Source of the DNA: Ruminococcus sp.
GTDB taxonomy: Bacteria; Bacillota_I; Bacilli_A; RF39; UBA660
Assembly: GCA_023663235.1 (NCBI GenBank)
Contig: JAMPHW010000002.1
Location: forward strand, 1 to 61,771
Length of the DNA stretch: 61,771 nucleotides
Direction: 5' to 3'
A program made the translations under genes and the position numbers. A model generated the notes under the pieces. It was not told the DNA's origin and searched no databases. It saw nothing but the letters and a program-made list of their open reading frames with translations. Of the stretch, positions 10,989 to 19,935 are shown piece by piece; position 1 is the first letter of the stretch; each line of letters opens with the position of its first letter.

Positions 10989-12225
10989 TATTTTCCTCCA
11001 ACATAGTTTTAATACTTTTATTTAAAGCCTTTTTAGTAGTTTTATAACTAATAAATAAAATTATAACATACAATATTATAAACAATAAAACTATATAGAT
11101 AATTGGTAAAGGAATATAATAATTATTATAAATTAAATCATAAAGAACATATCTACTAATAATTACATATAAAATTAAATATATAACTAACGATATAATA
11201 ATACTTATAAATAAAATAATCCCATTTTCAAACATATTTAACTTATTTATTATTCTATTTGTGTAACCACTAAATTTTAAAATACCTAAATAGTTAGACC
11301 TATTTTTACTCTTTTTATTTATAAAACTATAAACTAAATTAATAACAATTATCAATATTATGATTGTTATAAAAACAGGAATATTTAAAAGTAAATTTAC
11401 AAGTTCAACATCAATGGTTAGCATATCATTAATATAATAGCCACTCTTTATTAGTTCGTTGCGTACTTTTTCAACATTTTCATAAGAGTTAATTCTTGCT
11501 ATAACACCTTGAAAAGTATTAGGTTCATAAGTTGTTACACCATAAATATCGGTAGAACCACTAACACTTGAAATATTAGTATATAAATAATCAAAAGTAT
11601 CTTTATTAACATAACAAGTTTGGATAGTTCCACTTCCCTTAATACTTTGATATGTTCCTACAATTTTTATAGAAACTGATTCTTTGGGTTCTTCAATACC
11701 TTCATAAAAGGCAGGTGTTATCAAATAACTTTTATTAATATATTTATTGCCATCTAAGAATTTATTATAATAAATTTTAGCTTTAAAGTCATCTGGATAT
11801 ACACTATGAGGATAAAAGTTTTTAGGACATACCATTTCATTATTGTTCTTAATATTAGAACCAGTTATTATTTTAATATCATTATTATCTATTAAAGGAG
11901 CTATCTCTATCTCACCTATCGCTTTATCCGTGTCAAATTCTTTTACTTCACTATATAATGTTCGTGAAAATTTAAAATTAACATAATAATCAATTTCGGG
12001 TATATTGTCTAACACTTTATAATCTTCTTCATTATTATAGACCCATAATTCACGATATTTAGTATTATTAAGAATATAATTTTTTTCTACCTCCTGAGTA
12101 AAATAAATCACTGTTAAAGAACTATATATTATAACTAATAAAATACTTAAAATAATAAGAAGTAAAATATTTCTTTTTTCAAATAATCTTTTATTTACAA
12201 TATAAATTAAATCTCTTAAACTCAT
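10978..12225 (-). CDS. FtsX-like (MacB-type) ABC transporter permease
   Basis: 415 aa with TM1, a large extracytoplasmic domain and 3 C-terminal TMs (LGILKFSGYTNRIINKL). ATGA overlap with the ATPase gene. Confidence 0.7.
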   Translation of the reverse strand: MSLRDLIYIVNKRLFEKRNILLLIILSILLVIIYSSLTVIYFTQEVEKNYILNNTKYRELWVYNNEEDYKVLDNIPEIDYYVNFKFSRTLYSEVKEFDTDKAIGEIEIAPLIDNNDIKIITGSNIKNNNEMVCPKNFYPHSVYPDDFKAKIYYNKFLDGNKYINKSYLITPAFYEGIEEPKESVSIKIVGTYQSIKGSGTIQTCYVNKDTFDYLYTNISSVSGSTDIYGVTTYEPNTFQGVIARINSYENVEKVRNELIKSGYYINDMLTIDVELVNLLLNIPVFITIIILIIVINLVYSFINKKSKNRSNYLGILKFSGYTNRIINKLNMFENGIILFISIIISLVIYLILYVIISRYVLYDLIYNNYYIPLPIIYIVLLFIILYVIILFISYKTTKKALNKSIKTMLEENNDL

Positions 12226-12896
12226 AATATTTTACCGCCATCTAAAGTTATTATAACATCAGCATATTCTTTTATTTCATCTGAATGGCTTACAACTATT
12301 ACACATTTACCCAAACTAGTTAGTTTCTTTAATTCTTTAAATATTAAAGCCTCATTTTCCTTATCTAAATTACCAGTCGGCTCGTCTGCTAATATTATAC
12401 TAGGGTTATTAGCTAAAGCTCTAGCAATTGCTACCCTTTGTTTTTCTCCACCACTAAGTTCATTTGGATAATGATTTACTCTACTGCCTAAATCCACTCC
12501 ATCTAGAAGTCTTAAAGCTAAACCTTTTCTATCTTTTTTCTTTATTTTATCATTAGTCATCATCGGTAGAATAACATTTTCATAAGCTTTTAAATAACTA
12601 TCTAAGTAAAAATCTTGAAATATAAAACCAATATGTTTCATTCTAATGCGTGATAAGTTAACATCATCTAATTTAGTAACATCAACCCCATTTAAAAGAT
12701 ACTTACCACTAGTAAAATTCTCTATTAAACCCATAATACTTATTAAAGTTGATTTACCACTTCCTGAGTGCCCCATTATAGCATATAGTTTTCCGGTTTC
12801 AAAACTTAAATTAACATTATCTAAAGCTTTTACGGTCAGTGTTTTTGTTGCATATGTTTTAGTAATACTATCTAAAACAATTAATTCTTTCTTCAT
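12222..12896 (-). CDS. ABC transporter ATP-binding protein (MacB/LolD-like)
   Basis: Walker A GHSGSGKST, signature LSGGEKQRVAIARAL, Walker B ILADEPT. RBS AGAAGGAG. Confidence 0.92.
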   Translation of the reverse strand: MKKELIVLDSITKTYATKTLTVKALDNVNLSFETGKLYAIMGHSGSGKSTLISIMGLIENFTSGKYLLNGVDVTKLDDVNLSRIRMKHIGFIFQDFYLDSYLKAYENVILPMMTNDKIKKKDRKGLALRLLDGVDLGSRVNHYPNELSGGEKQRVAIARALANNPSIILADEPTGNLDKENEALIFKELKKLTSLGKCVIVVSHSDEIKEYADVIITLDGGKIL

Positions 12897-12921
12897 TATA
12901 AACTCCTTCTATTTTTCTTTA

Positions 12922-12967
12922 TTATACAATAAACATGACTTAAAAGAAAGACATTAGCCTTTCTTTT
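12922..12967 (-). repeat. Terminator-plus-promoter module, copy 2 (paralogous to 9639-9686)
   Basis: Minus strand AAAAGAAAGG-CTAATG-TCTTTCTTTT hairpin followed by AAGTCATGTTTATTGTATAAT, upstream of the ABC ATPase gene. Confidence 0.6.
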
Positions 12968-13068
12968 AAGAATAATTTTTGTTAATACAATTCTAATGTT
13001 CCTTTAATTTGCAATAAAGCAAAGATACATCTAGATGATTAGCTTTAATTTAATAATAGCATTCTTAT

Positions 13069-13512
13069 TTATTTTTGTATTGCTTCAAATAAAACATATT
13101 CATTATTATAATATAATACTATTGTAGATCCTTTATGACCTTCAAATACAGAGGAATTCAATAATTCTATATTATTAGTTTCAAAATCTAATTTTGGAAT
13201 ATAAATTGAATCAATTAATTTATCAACAACTCCAATTTTATTAGTAGTTCCTAAATAGTCTAATATTGCACTTGATTTGCTATAAAGAATGCCTTTTACT
13301 CTTACTAAAGTAGTCACATCAAATGATGGATTTTTTATTTCAGAAACTAATTTATATTCTTTTTCTTGATATGTTCCTGATGATTGACTGTATTTTGAGT
13401 TACTAAATTTTTGATTTTCCTTCAAAAAAATAACACAAGATATAAAAATAATAACTATTATAATAAATAAAAATTTTTTTTGCATTATCTTATTCATTTC
13501 CTTTACTAACAA
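13069..13512 (-). CDS. Hypothetical membrane-anchored protein
   Basis: 147 aa ORF with an N-terminal TM (FLFIIIVIIFISCVIF). No recognisable domain. Confidence 0.55.
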   Translation of the reverse strand: MLVKEMNKIMQKKFLFIIIVIIFISCVIFLKENQKFSNSKYSQSSGTYQEKEYKLVSEIKNPSFDVTTLVRVKGILYSKSSAILDYLGTTNKIGVVDKLIDSIYIPKLDFETNNIELLNSSVFEGHKGSTIVLYYNNEYVLFEAIQK

Positions 13513-13527
13513 TATTATAGCATCATT

Positions 13528-14220
13528 TTATTTTAAAGTAACTACATCTGATATTTTTTCCCAATTATTAGTATCATTATTCATAACTAATAAATCTGAG
13601 TAATTTGCCTCATTTAACAAAGTATCTTTTTTTATTTCTCTTAACCCATATTGCCCACCTACAATAGTATAATCAACATTACCAAAATCATCATTAGTAG
13701 CTGATAAATATGCTAAATAATATTTTCCTTCTAGTGGTTCTATATCTTTTTCTATTTTAGTTTCGATTTTATAACTTTTTAATTCTTCTAGTGAAATATT
13801 ATTTTGTTCCATAACTTCTATAACCTTTTCTGCATCGTCTTCACCTTTTATCCAATCTTCAAAATTCATAACTCCGCCTAAACGAGCAAATTCTATACGT
13901 TCTGAATTTATTTCACCTTTAATTACAGATAATACATTAGCAGTACCAAATGTATATGGCAAAGTGTTTTCATTTGTTGTTAAATTACTATTACTCACTC
14001 CTTTTACTTCTTCAATTTTGAGTAAAACTATGTCGTCAACATGTTCTTCGATTATTCTGGGATTTGAATAATCATACAACCTATCTACTGATAAAGTAGA
14101 TATAATTGTGTTATCAGATAATTTAAAATTATTTTTGTATTGATAATTCGCATGAATTGATAACGCAAATAATCCACCAACAGCCAGAATAAAAACCGCT
14201 ATATTTTTTAATTTTTTCAT
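13528..14220 (-). CDS. Hypothetical secreted protein
   Basis: 230 aa ORF with a signal-peptide-like N-terminus (IAVFILAVGGLFALSIHA). No recognisable domain. Confidence 0.6.
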   Translation of the reverse strand: MKKLKNIAVFILAVGGLFALSIHANYQYKNNFKLSDNTIISTLSVDRLYDYSNPRIIEEHVDDIVLLKIEEVKGVSNSNLTTNENTLPYTFGTANVLSVIKGEINSERIEFARLGGVMNFEDWIKGEDDAEKVIEVMEQNNISLEELKSYKIETKIEKDIEPLEGKYYLAYLSATNDDFGNVDYTIVGGQYGLREIKKDTLLNEANYSDLLVMNNDTNNWEKISDVVTLK

Positions 14221-14238
14221 TTATTATTTTCCTCCTTC

Positions 14239-14838
14239 TTAATAAATACTATGTAAAGTATTAATATCAACCGATTGCACAGTTTGAACCTTTCTACCAG
14301 CTCCAGTTTGACACATTATACTATTTTTATTGGTAGTATGTGCAAGCCCTAAAGCATGCCCTATTTCATGTGCAATAGTTCCTTGCTTCTGAGAATCTGT
14401 TTGATTAGCCATTGTAGATCTATTTAAGAAAATTTTTGCAAATTTCCAATTAGTTGTTGTAACATTTGCTATAGGATTTCCAACATTAGAATTATTTTCT
14501 TTAGAAGCATACATTTGAGTTATAGCTAGAGTAGAATCATCAAGTAAACTAAAACTAGAATTTTTAGCATAGAAATCTATTGTAGTATACATAGTATTTG
14601 TACTATCACTAAAAACAGATATCTTGCTACTTTGATTATTCCAATCATTAGCCGCTTTGGTTATTAAAGATCCATACAACGATAAAGTATCTGGAGTTGT
14701 GGATCTACAATAAGAAAGTGAATTAATTCCAGTAGATAATTTGCCTCCAAAAACTGGTTCAGCCGCAAAAGTTTTTTCACTAAATATAGTGAAAACAAAT
14801 AAAGATACAATTAACATTTTTAATAATTTCATTTTCAT
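14239..14838 (-). CDS. Secreted metzincin (matrixin/M10-like) zinc metalloprotease
   Basis: HEIGHALGLAH motif (HExxHxxGxxH) with a downstream Met (SIMC). Signal peptide MKMKLLKMLIVSLFVFTIFSEKTFA. The start is taken at ATG 14838 (or 14832) because the ORF-track start 14871 lies at or upstream of the predicted promoter. Confidence 0.8.
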   Translation of the reverse strand: MKMKLLKMLIVSLFVFTIFSEKTFAAEPVFGGKLSTGINSLSYCRSTTPDTLSLYGSLITKAANDWNNQSSKISVFSDSTNTMYTTIDFYAKNSSFSLLDDSTLAITQMYASKENNSNVGNPIANVTTTNWKFAKIFLNRSTMANQTDSQKQGTIAHEIGHALGLAHTTNKNSIMCQTGAGRKVQTVQSVDINTLHSIY

Positions 14839-14876
14839 TTTCCTTTCATAAATAACGATGTCAACCAACACTCCAT

Positions 14877-14904
14877 ATAATACCTCTTAAGCTCTCATTC
14901 TAAA
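14877..14904 (-). promoter_or_regulatory. Putative promoter of the metzincin gene with a direct-repeat element in its spacer
   Basis: Minus strand TTTAGA, a 16 nt spacer, then TATTAT. The spacer is the third ATGAG(AG)CTnTAAG repeat. Confidence 0.35.
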
Positions 14905-14980
14905 TATTACATCAATTATGTATACTTAGAGCTCATACCTCCTCTCGCGTTTATAACAAGCTATAAGCTCATTATCACTT

Positions 14981-15691
14981 TTAAATTGCTATATCTACAC
15001 CACTCATTCGGTCGTAAACTGAAGATGCTATGCCACTAAATTTAAATACACCACCATAACCATTTCTAGATAAAGTATAATTTTTACTATCAGCTAAAGT
15101 TATAACTCTAGTTGCATGTTGATAACTAGCGTAAACATGCCCACCTTTGTTTACTCTAAAGTTTTGATTTATAACTATTGAAGAACCTGATATTGGTAAA
15201 GATAGCGATACTCCAAAACCATTATTAAACTTTTGAATTTCTCCTGAGGTTCTAGTACCACTCGTGCTTGATATAGTCGTAACAGGGTTATTAACTAAAG
15301 ATGTATTTTCTAAATAAGCTCCCATAACATCATAACTTCTTATACTAGGAACTGTAGTCCAATTAGTGGTTAAGGATATATAACAATCACTAGCTATTTT
15401 AAATGTTTTTGAACCGTCATTTATTGATGTACTATAAAGAGCTCTATTATATTCGTCTTTAATTTCTTTAATAGTTATATCACCATTCATTATATTTGAT
15501 TTAACAAATTTGCTATAATCTTCTTCATTAAATAAATCTTGGCTTCCATTCCAATACATCATTGATAAAAATTCATATTCTTCCTTCGTAAAAGAAACTC
15601 CTTTTTCATTAACATAATAACTTTCTTTAGCATAAGCTCCACCTATAAAGATAAAACAACTAAATAGTAAAACAAATATTTTACTTTTCAT
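14981..15691 (-). CDS. Hypothetical secreted protein
   Basis: 236 aa with signal peptide MKSKIFVLLFSCFIFIGGAYA. RBS GAAGGAGG. No recognisable domain. Confidence 0.65.
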   Translation of the reverse strand: MKSKIFVLLFSCFIFIGGAYAKESYYVNEKGVSFTKEEYEFLSMMYWNGSQDLFNEEDYSKFVKSNIMNGDITIKEIKDEYNRALYSTSINDGSKTFKIASDCYISLTTNWTTVPSIRSYDVMGAYLENTSLVNNPVTTISSTSGTRTSGEIQKFNNGFGVSLSLPISGSSIVINQNFRVNKGGHVYASYQHATRVITLADSKNYTLSRNGYGGVFKFSGIASSVYDRMSGVDIAI

Positions 15692-15730
15692 TTTAATTCC
15701 TCCTTCATTTCAAAATTAGCATATTTTGTC

Positions 15731-15760
15731 AAAAAAAGGTAGGGCTTATTAAGCCCTATC
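15731..15760 (-). terminator. Rho-independent terminator after the XRE-family gene
   Basis: Minus strand GATAGGGCTTAATAAGCCCTACC followed by TTTTTTT. Confidence 0.7.
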
Positions 15761-15787
15761 ATATTTTTATAATATATTTTTATAATT

Positions 15788-16849
15788 TTAGTTTAAAAAT
15801 TCTTGTAGTTTAGTTTGCAAGGCCTTAATAATTTCATTATCATCGTCTTTTGTAATATCTTGACATTCATATTGTCTTAATAGCTCTGTTCCATTATATT
15901 CTCTATATAAAAGATAATTATTTTTTTCACGATATTGCCACTCTTTAGTTATGTCATGGTCCTTAAGACAATAAATTATCAATTTTGCCTCGTCAATATA
16001 AAATATTTCTTCATTTTTATTTCGATAAAAATAGATACCACCTTTATCAAGAGTTAATTTCTCTTTTAATTTTATTTCAAGGATTGTTGGATATTCATTA
16101 TGGATAGGATTCGGATAATTTACTTTAAGTTTCTCTGGTATTATATAGTCGTTGGCAAAACTTTCATTTACTTCTAGCTTTATATTTTCAATAGTTTCTT
16201 TAAAAGTTATTTCTAAATATAAATTTTTTATTATATATTTAATATTATCATAATTAAAATATTCATCAGTACCTACAAAATTTATTAAAGTTATTTTATC
16301 ACTATCAGTTTCCATAATCAAACGTTCTTTGTTGTCTCGTTCTTTATAATACAATCTTAAATTTTTAATTTCTTCATTAGTTTTAATTTCATTTGTTGTA
16401 AAATATATTTTCTCTCTTGTTATAATTAATAAACCATCTTGAAGATTAATATTATCACTATAATATTTTACATCATAAGCTTTAATAGAATTATAATTAT
16501 AATAAAAATAATATCCGAAAAATAAAGTACACATTATAATTAATAATACAATTAATTTAAAAATAGTTTTTTTAATTTTATTTCTTTCTTGATAAATAAC
16601 ACCATTAATATTAACTACTTTAGATTTATTTTCCTTGTTTTCTTTCTCACCATAAAGTAATTCATTGGTTGTAACATTAAAAATTTCACTTAATCTAAGC
16701 AAAGTTTGATAATCAGGATAGGTTTTCCCTCTTTCCCATTTTGATATCGCTTCTCTCCCAATAGGGATTAATTCTCCTAATCCTTCTTGAGTTAAGCCTT
16801 TTTCTTCTCTAAGTTCTTTTATAAATCTACCAATTTTTTCAGGATTCAT
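15788..16849 (-). CDS. Membrane-tethered XRE-family (HTH_3) transcriptional regulator
   Basis: N-terminal HTH (IGRFIKELREEKGLTQEGLGELIPIGREAISKWERGKTYPDYQTLLRLSEIFNVTTNELL), one TM (IFKLIVLLIIMCTLFFGYYFY) and a ~230 aa extracytoplasmic domain. Confidence 0.85.
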   Translation of the reverse strand: MNPEKIGRFIKELREEKGLTQEGLGELIPIGREAISKWERGKTYPDYQTLLRLSEIFNVTTNELLYGEKENKENKSKVVNINGVIYQERNKIKKTIFKLIVLLIIMCTLFFGYYFYYNYNSIKAYDVKYYSDNINLQDGLLIITREKIYFTTNEIKTNEEIKNLRLYYKERDNKERLIMETDSDKITLINFVGTDEYFNYDNIKYIIKNLYLEITFKETIENIKLEVNESFANDYIIPEKLKVNYPNPIHNEYPTILEIKLKEKLTLDKGGIYFYRNKNEEIFYIDEAKLIIYCLKDHDITKEWQYREKNNYLLYREYNGTELLRQYECQDITKDDDNEIIKALQTKLQEFLN

Positions 16850-16942
16850 ATAAACAAACTCCTCTTTAATTTATATAATACATATAAATTTTAAATAAAT
16901 CAATAAAAAGACTATTTTAAGCACTCTAACATATATTTTACT

Positions 16943-17317
16943 ATGGGTATTGGAGTTAAATTACAAAGACTTAGAACAGAAGATTTTATTTGGGTTATTT
17001 ACTTTTTTATAGCTCTTGCTGCTTTAATATCAGACAGCTATGAAAGAGATTATGTTCTAACTAATAATCAAAATGATAAAAGAAAATTTAAAACAATTAA
17101 TATTATTATATTAACTGTTGCTTTTTGTATCTATATTTATTTTGTTTTAATAAATTATGAGGATGTAAAAGAGTTGAAAAGAGAGGCAACAAAAAAAGAG
17201 GTAGCTTTAAAGCATTTAGGCTTAGTAGCTGCACTCCTCTTTTTATCAGCTGGCGTTATTTCTTTATATGTTGAATTAAACAAAGAAGAAGGATTAGAAA
17301 ATATCGAGTTATTTTAA
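16943..17317 (+). CDS. Hypothetical small membrane protein
   Basis: 124 aa with about 3 predicted TM helices, divergent from the XRE gene. Confidence 0.5.
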   Translation: MGIGVKLQRLRTEDFIWVIYFFIALAALISDSYERDYVLTNNQNDKRKFKTINIIILTVAFCIYIYFVLINYEDVKELKREATKKEVALKHLGLVAALLFLSAGVISLYVELNKEEGLENIELF

Positions 17318-18517
17318 AGAGCGATATGCTTTACCAATTTCTGCTGTTCTTCCTTTAAGTTGAAATAATTCACTTATATTCACAACTTGATAACCCATTG
17401 CATATAATCTAGGCAAAACTATCTTTAAAGATTCATAACTGGTTTCATATAATTCATGCATTAAAATAATTGAACCATCACTAACATTATCCATAATATA
17501 ATTTACAATATGATCAACGTTTCTGTATCGCCAATCTTCTGTATCTAAATTCCATAATATAAATGGTATTGTTGCATTCTCTAAATTAGTTTTAGAATAA
17601 GCTCCATAAGGAGGTCTTAAATATTTGATATTATCACCTGTTAGGCTATTATAAAGTTCATTAACCTTATTTAAAGAAGTATTAACTTTAGCTAAACTAT
17701 TCTTTTTTATATTCATATGCTCATAGGTGTGACTAGCAACTTCATTTCCTGAATTATAAGTATCTACTACACATTTATTACAAGCATTCATCATTCTTCC
17801 TACCATAAAAAATGTTGCATGAGCTTTATTCTTTTTTAATTCTTCTAATATTAAACTATTATAAACACTACTAGGCCCATCATCAAATGTTAAGGCTACA
17901 CTCTTTTTATTAGCATCAAAATTATAACCATCTTCATTAGTATATTCTTCTTCTTGTGGATTAAACTTTAAACATTCTTTTATTTCTTGATAATTAATTG
18001 TTAAAGTGGGTATTTCACTATAATTATAAGAATATACATAATCATAGTAATATATTATCACTTCATTATCTTTCACAAAATAACTCTTATAACCAGTTGA
18101 AGTACTATTTTCTAGTATACTCTTAACAATAAATTCTGGATATTTAAGATTTAATAATTCTTCTTCTTTTAAACTAAAAGTATCTATTTTATCTTCTAAA
18201 ATTAAATCGCTAAAAGTAATCTCATCACCCGTTTTAGTATCAATTAAAAAAGTTTTAAAACGTTCATTTTCTAAATAAACTAAACTTTTAAAATAAGCCT
18301 CATCACTATTTTCATATACTAGTTCCAAAGCTTCATTTTCTTGTTTTACTTCATCTATATATAACAATATATCTTTATCATTTAAAACACTAGATTTACT
18401 TGAATCAGGTTCTTTATCGTTAAAAGATATAATAAGTCCTATAGCCATAATAACTACAAATAATAAAAGAACAATTAATAAAATTACTTCTTTACTTCTG
18501 CATTTCATTTGATTCAC
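17309..18517 (-). CDS. Polysaccharide deacetylase (NodB-homology, PgdA-like), membrane anchored
   Basis: N-terminal TM and a C-terminal NodB domain with the TFDDGPS and HTYEH motifs. Confidence 0.85.
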   Translation of the reverse strand: MNQMKCRSKEVILLIVLLLFVVIMAIGLIISFNDKEPDSSKSSVLNDKDILLYIDEVKQENEALELVYENSDEAYFKSLVYLENERFKTFLIDTKTGDEITFSDLILEDKIDTFSLKEEELLNLKYPEFIVKSILENSTSTGYKSYFVKDNEVIIYYYDYVYSYNYSEIPTLTINYQEIKECLKFNPQEEEYTNEDGYNFDANKKSVALTFDDGPSSVYNSLILEELKKNKAHATFFMVGRMMNACNKCVVDTYNSGNEVASHTYEHMNIKKNSLAKVNTSLNKVNELYNSLTGDNIKYLRPPYGAYSKTNLENATIPFILWNLDTEDWRYRNVDHIVNYIMDNVSDGSIILMHELYETSYESLKIVLPRLYAMGYQVVNISELFQLKGRTAEIGKAYRSLK

Positions 18518-18543
18518 TACCTATAGTCTTATTATACCATATT

Positions 18544-19935
18544 TTAGATATTTTTTACATCCTTTTTATTAAAGAACATATAAGAAATAATAAGCATTAT
18601 TATAATATAAATTCCTACCACTAATAAAGATATTAAAGGCTTAATATTATATGGATTATTAGTAAAGTTAATTAAATAACTAAAATCCCAATGAAGTGAT
18701 ACAAATAACTTAAATAAGTTAAATGAATAAGTTAAAGCTAGACTATTTATAATATTACCAACTAAATATAAAAGAAAAGTTAAAGTTATAGATGCTGAGG
18801 TTGATAAAGTTATTACACTTAACATAAATGAAAATACTGTTAAAATTAAATATATAGGTATTTTAGCTCCTAAAGTTAATAATAAATATTTAAGTATTGG
18901 TACACTTATTAATGAATGATTATAAAGAATAGCTGGCAATTCTATAGTCTTAAAACCAAGTATAATTCCTCCTAAAATTATTTCAGTTATAATCATAAAT
19001 AAAATAACTAAAGGCACTAATAATAAAACTGTTAACAATTTAGAGGTTAATATTGTACTTCTCTTATAAGGCTTAGTAAGTAAAAACTTAATAGTTCCTT
19101 TATTAAATTCTTCACTCACAATAGAGCCACATATTAAAACAATATAAATTAGAATGAATAATTCAAACTCACTAGAAAAATTCTTTAAAACCGCATATAA
19201 ACTAGAACTATCATTAATATTTATTTTATTTTCTATTACATATTTATTAATATTTATTTCTTTTTCCAAAAAATTTAATCTTTTAGTTTCTTCTTTTGTA
19301 AGACCGTTTTTATCTTTTAAGTTATAATATTCTGCTAAATTAGTTGTAATGTAATTAATACTTTGATATAAATAATCCTGGTTATCATAAGGTATACTGT
19401 TATCTAAGCGATATTCATATATCTTAAGTAAAGATTCATTTAATTTAAGCACTTTTTTATCTGTCGCTGTTTTAATTTTTTCTTCTATTCTCTCCTTTTC
19501 TAAATTAAGAAAATATTTGTAATCATTGTTTTTTATTTTGGTATATAAAATATTATATTTATTCTCTAAAGTAATATCTAAATTCGGGTCTTTTGTCTTA
19601 TACTTATTAGTATATTTTTCAAATATAATATCATATAAATAAGTATCTATTAAATAATCAGTACTTGTTCCTTTAAACTTATCTTTTAATTTTAAAGCAT
19701 CAATCATACTAATATTTTCAATATATTCATCAAGATTCTCCTCTAATGTAATATCTAAATCTTTATTAATACTTTCTAATTCTTTTATATCAGGACCACT
19801 TTCTAGATTATAATTATCCATATCTTTATAGATAAAATTAGTTAAAAGAGCATATAAAATAAAAACAATCGTTACAATCATAAAACTTCTTTTTTTGAAT
19901 ATCTTTACTAATTCATTTTTAATCAGTCTAATCAA
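18544..19935 (-). CDS. ABC-2 type transporter permease
   Basis: 463 aa with TM1, a long extracytoplasmic insert and 5 C-terminal TMs. It overlaps the ATPase gene stop. Confidence 0.7.
   Translation of the reverse strand: MIRLIKNELVKIFKKRSFMIVTIVFILYALLTNFIYKDMDNYNLESGPDIKELESINKDLDITLEENLDEYIENISMIDALKLKDKFKGTSTDYLIDTYLYDIIFEKYTNKYKTKDPNLDITLENKYNILYTKIKNNDYKYFLNLEKERIEEKIKTATDKKVLKLNESLLKIYEYRLDNSIPYDNQDYLYQSINYITTNLAEYYNLKDKNGLTKEETKRLNFLEKEININKYVIENKININDSSSLYAVLKNFSSEFELFILIYIVLICGSIVSEEFNKGTIKFLLTKPYKRSTILTSKLLTVLLLVPLVILFMIITEIILGGIILGFKTIELPAILYNHSLISVPILKYLLLTLGAKIPIYLILTVFSFMLSVITLSTSASITLTFLLYLVGNIINSLALTYSFNLFKLFVSLHWDFSYLINFTNNPYNIKPLISLLVVGIYIIIMLIISYMFFNKKDVKNI

Noticed and set aside
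12646-12957. Antisense ORFs inside well-supported genes (12646-12957, 10204-10431, 20277-20567, 35487-35720, 35846-36082, 38996-39373, 40651-41013, 45979-46239, 46814-47035, 47228-47413, 54811-55080, 59912-60115)
   Set aside because: Each lies wholly within a gene on the other strand that has clear family motifs. None has a convincing RBS, and all have low-complexity hydrophobic translations expected from AT-rich antisense frames.
14916-14936. Six-codon mini-ORF MSSKYT* after GAGGAGG in the metzincin upstream region (possible leader peptide)
   Set aside because: The GGAGG is only 1 nt from the ATG, too close for a functional RBS. The ATGAGCT is better explained as one of three direct repeats.
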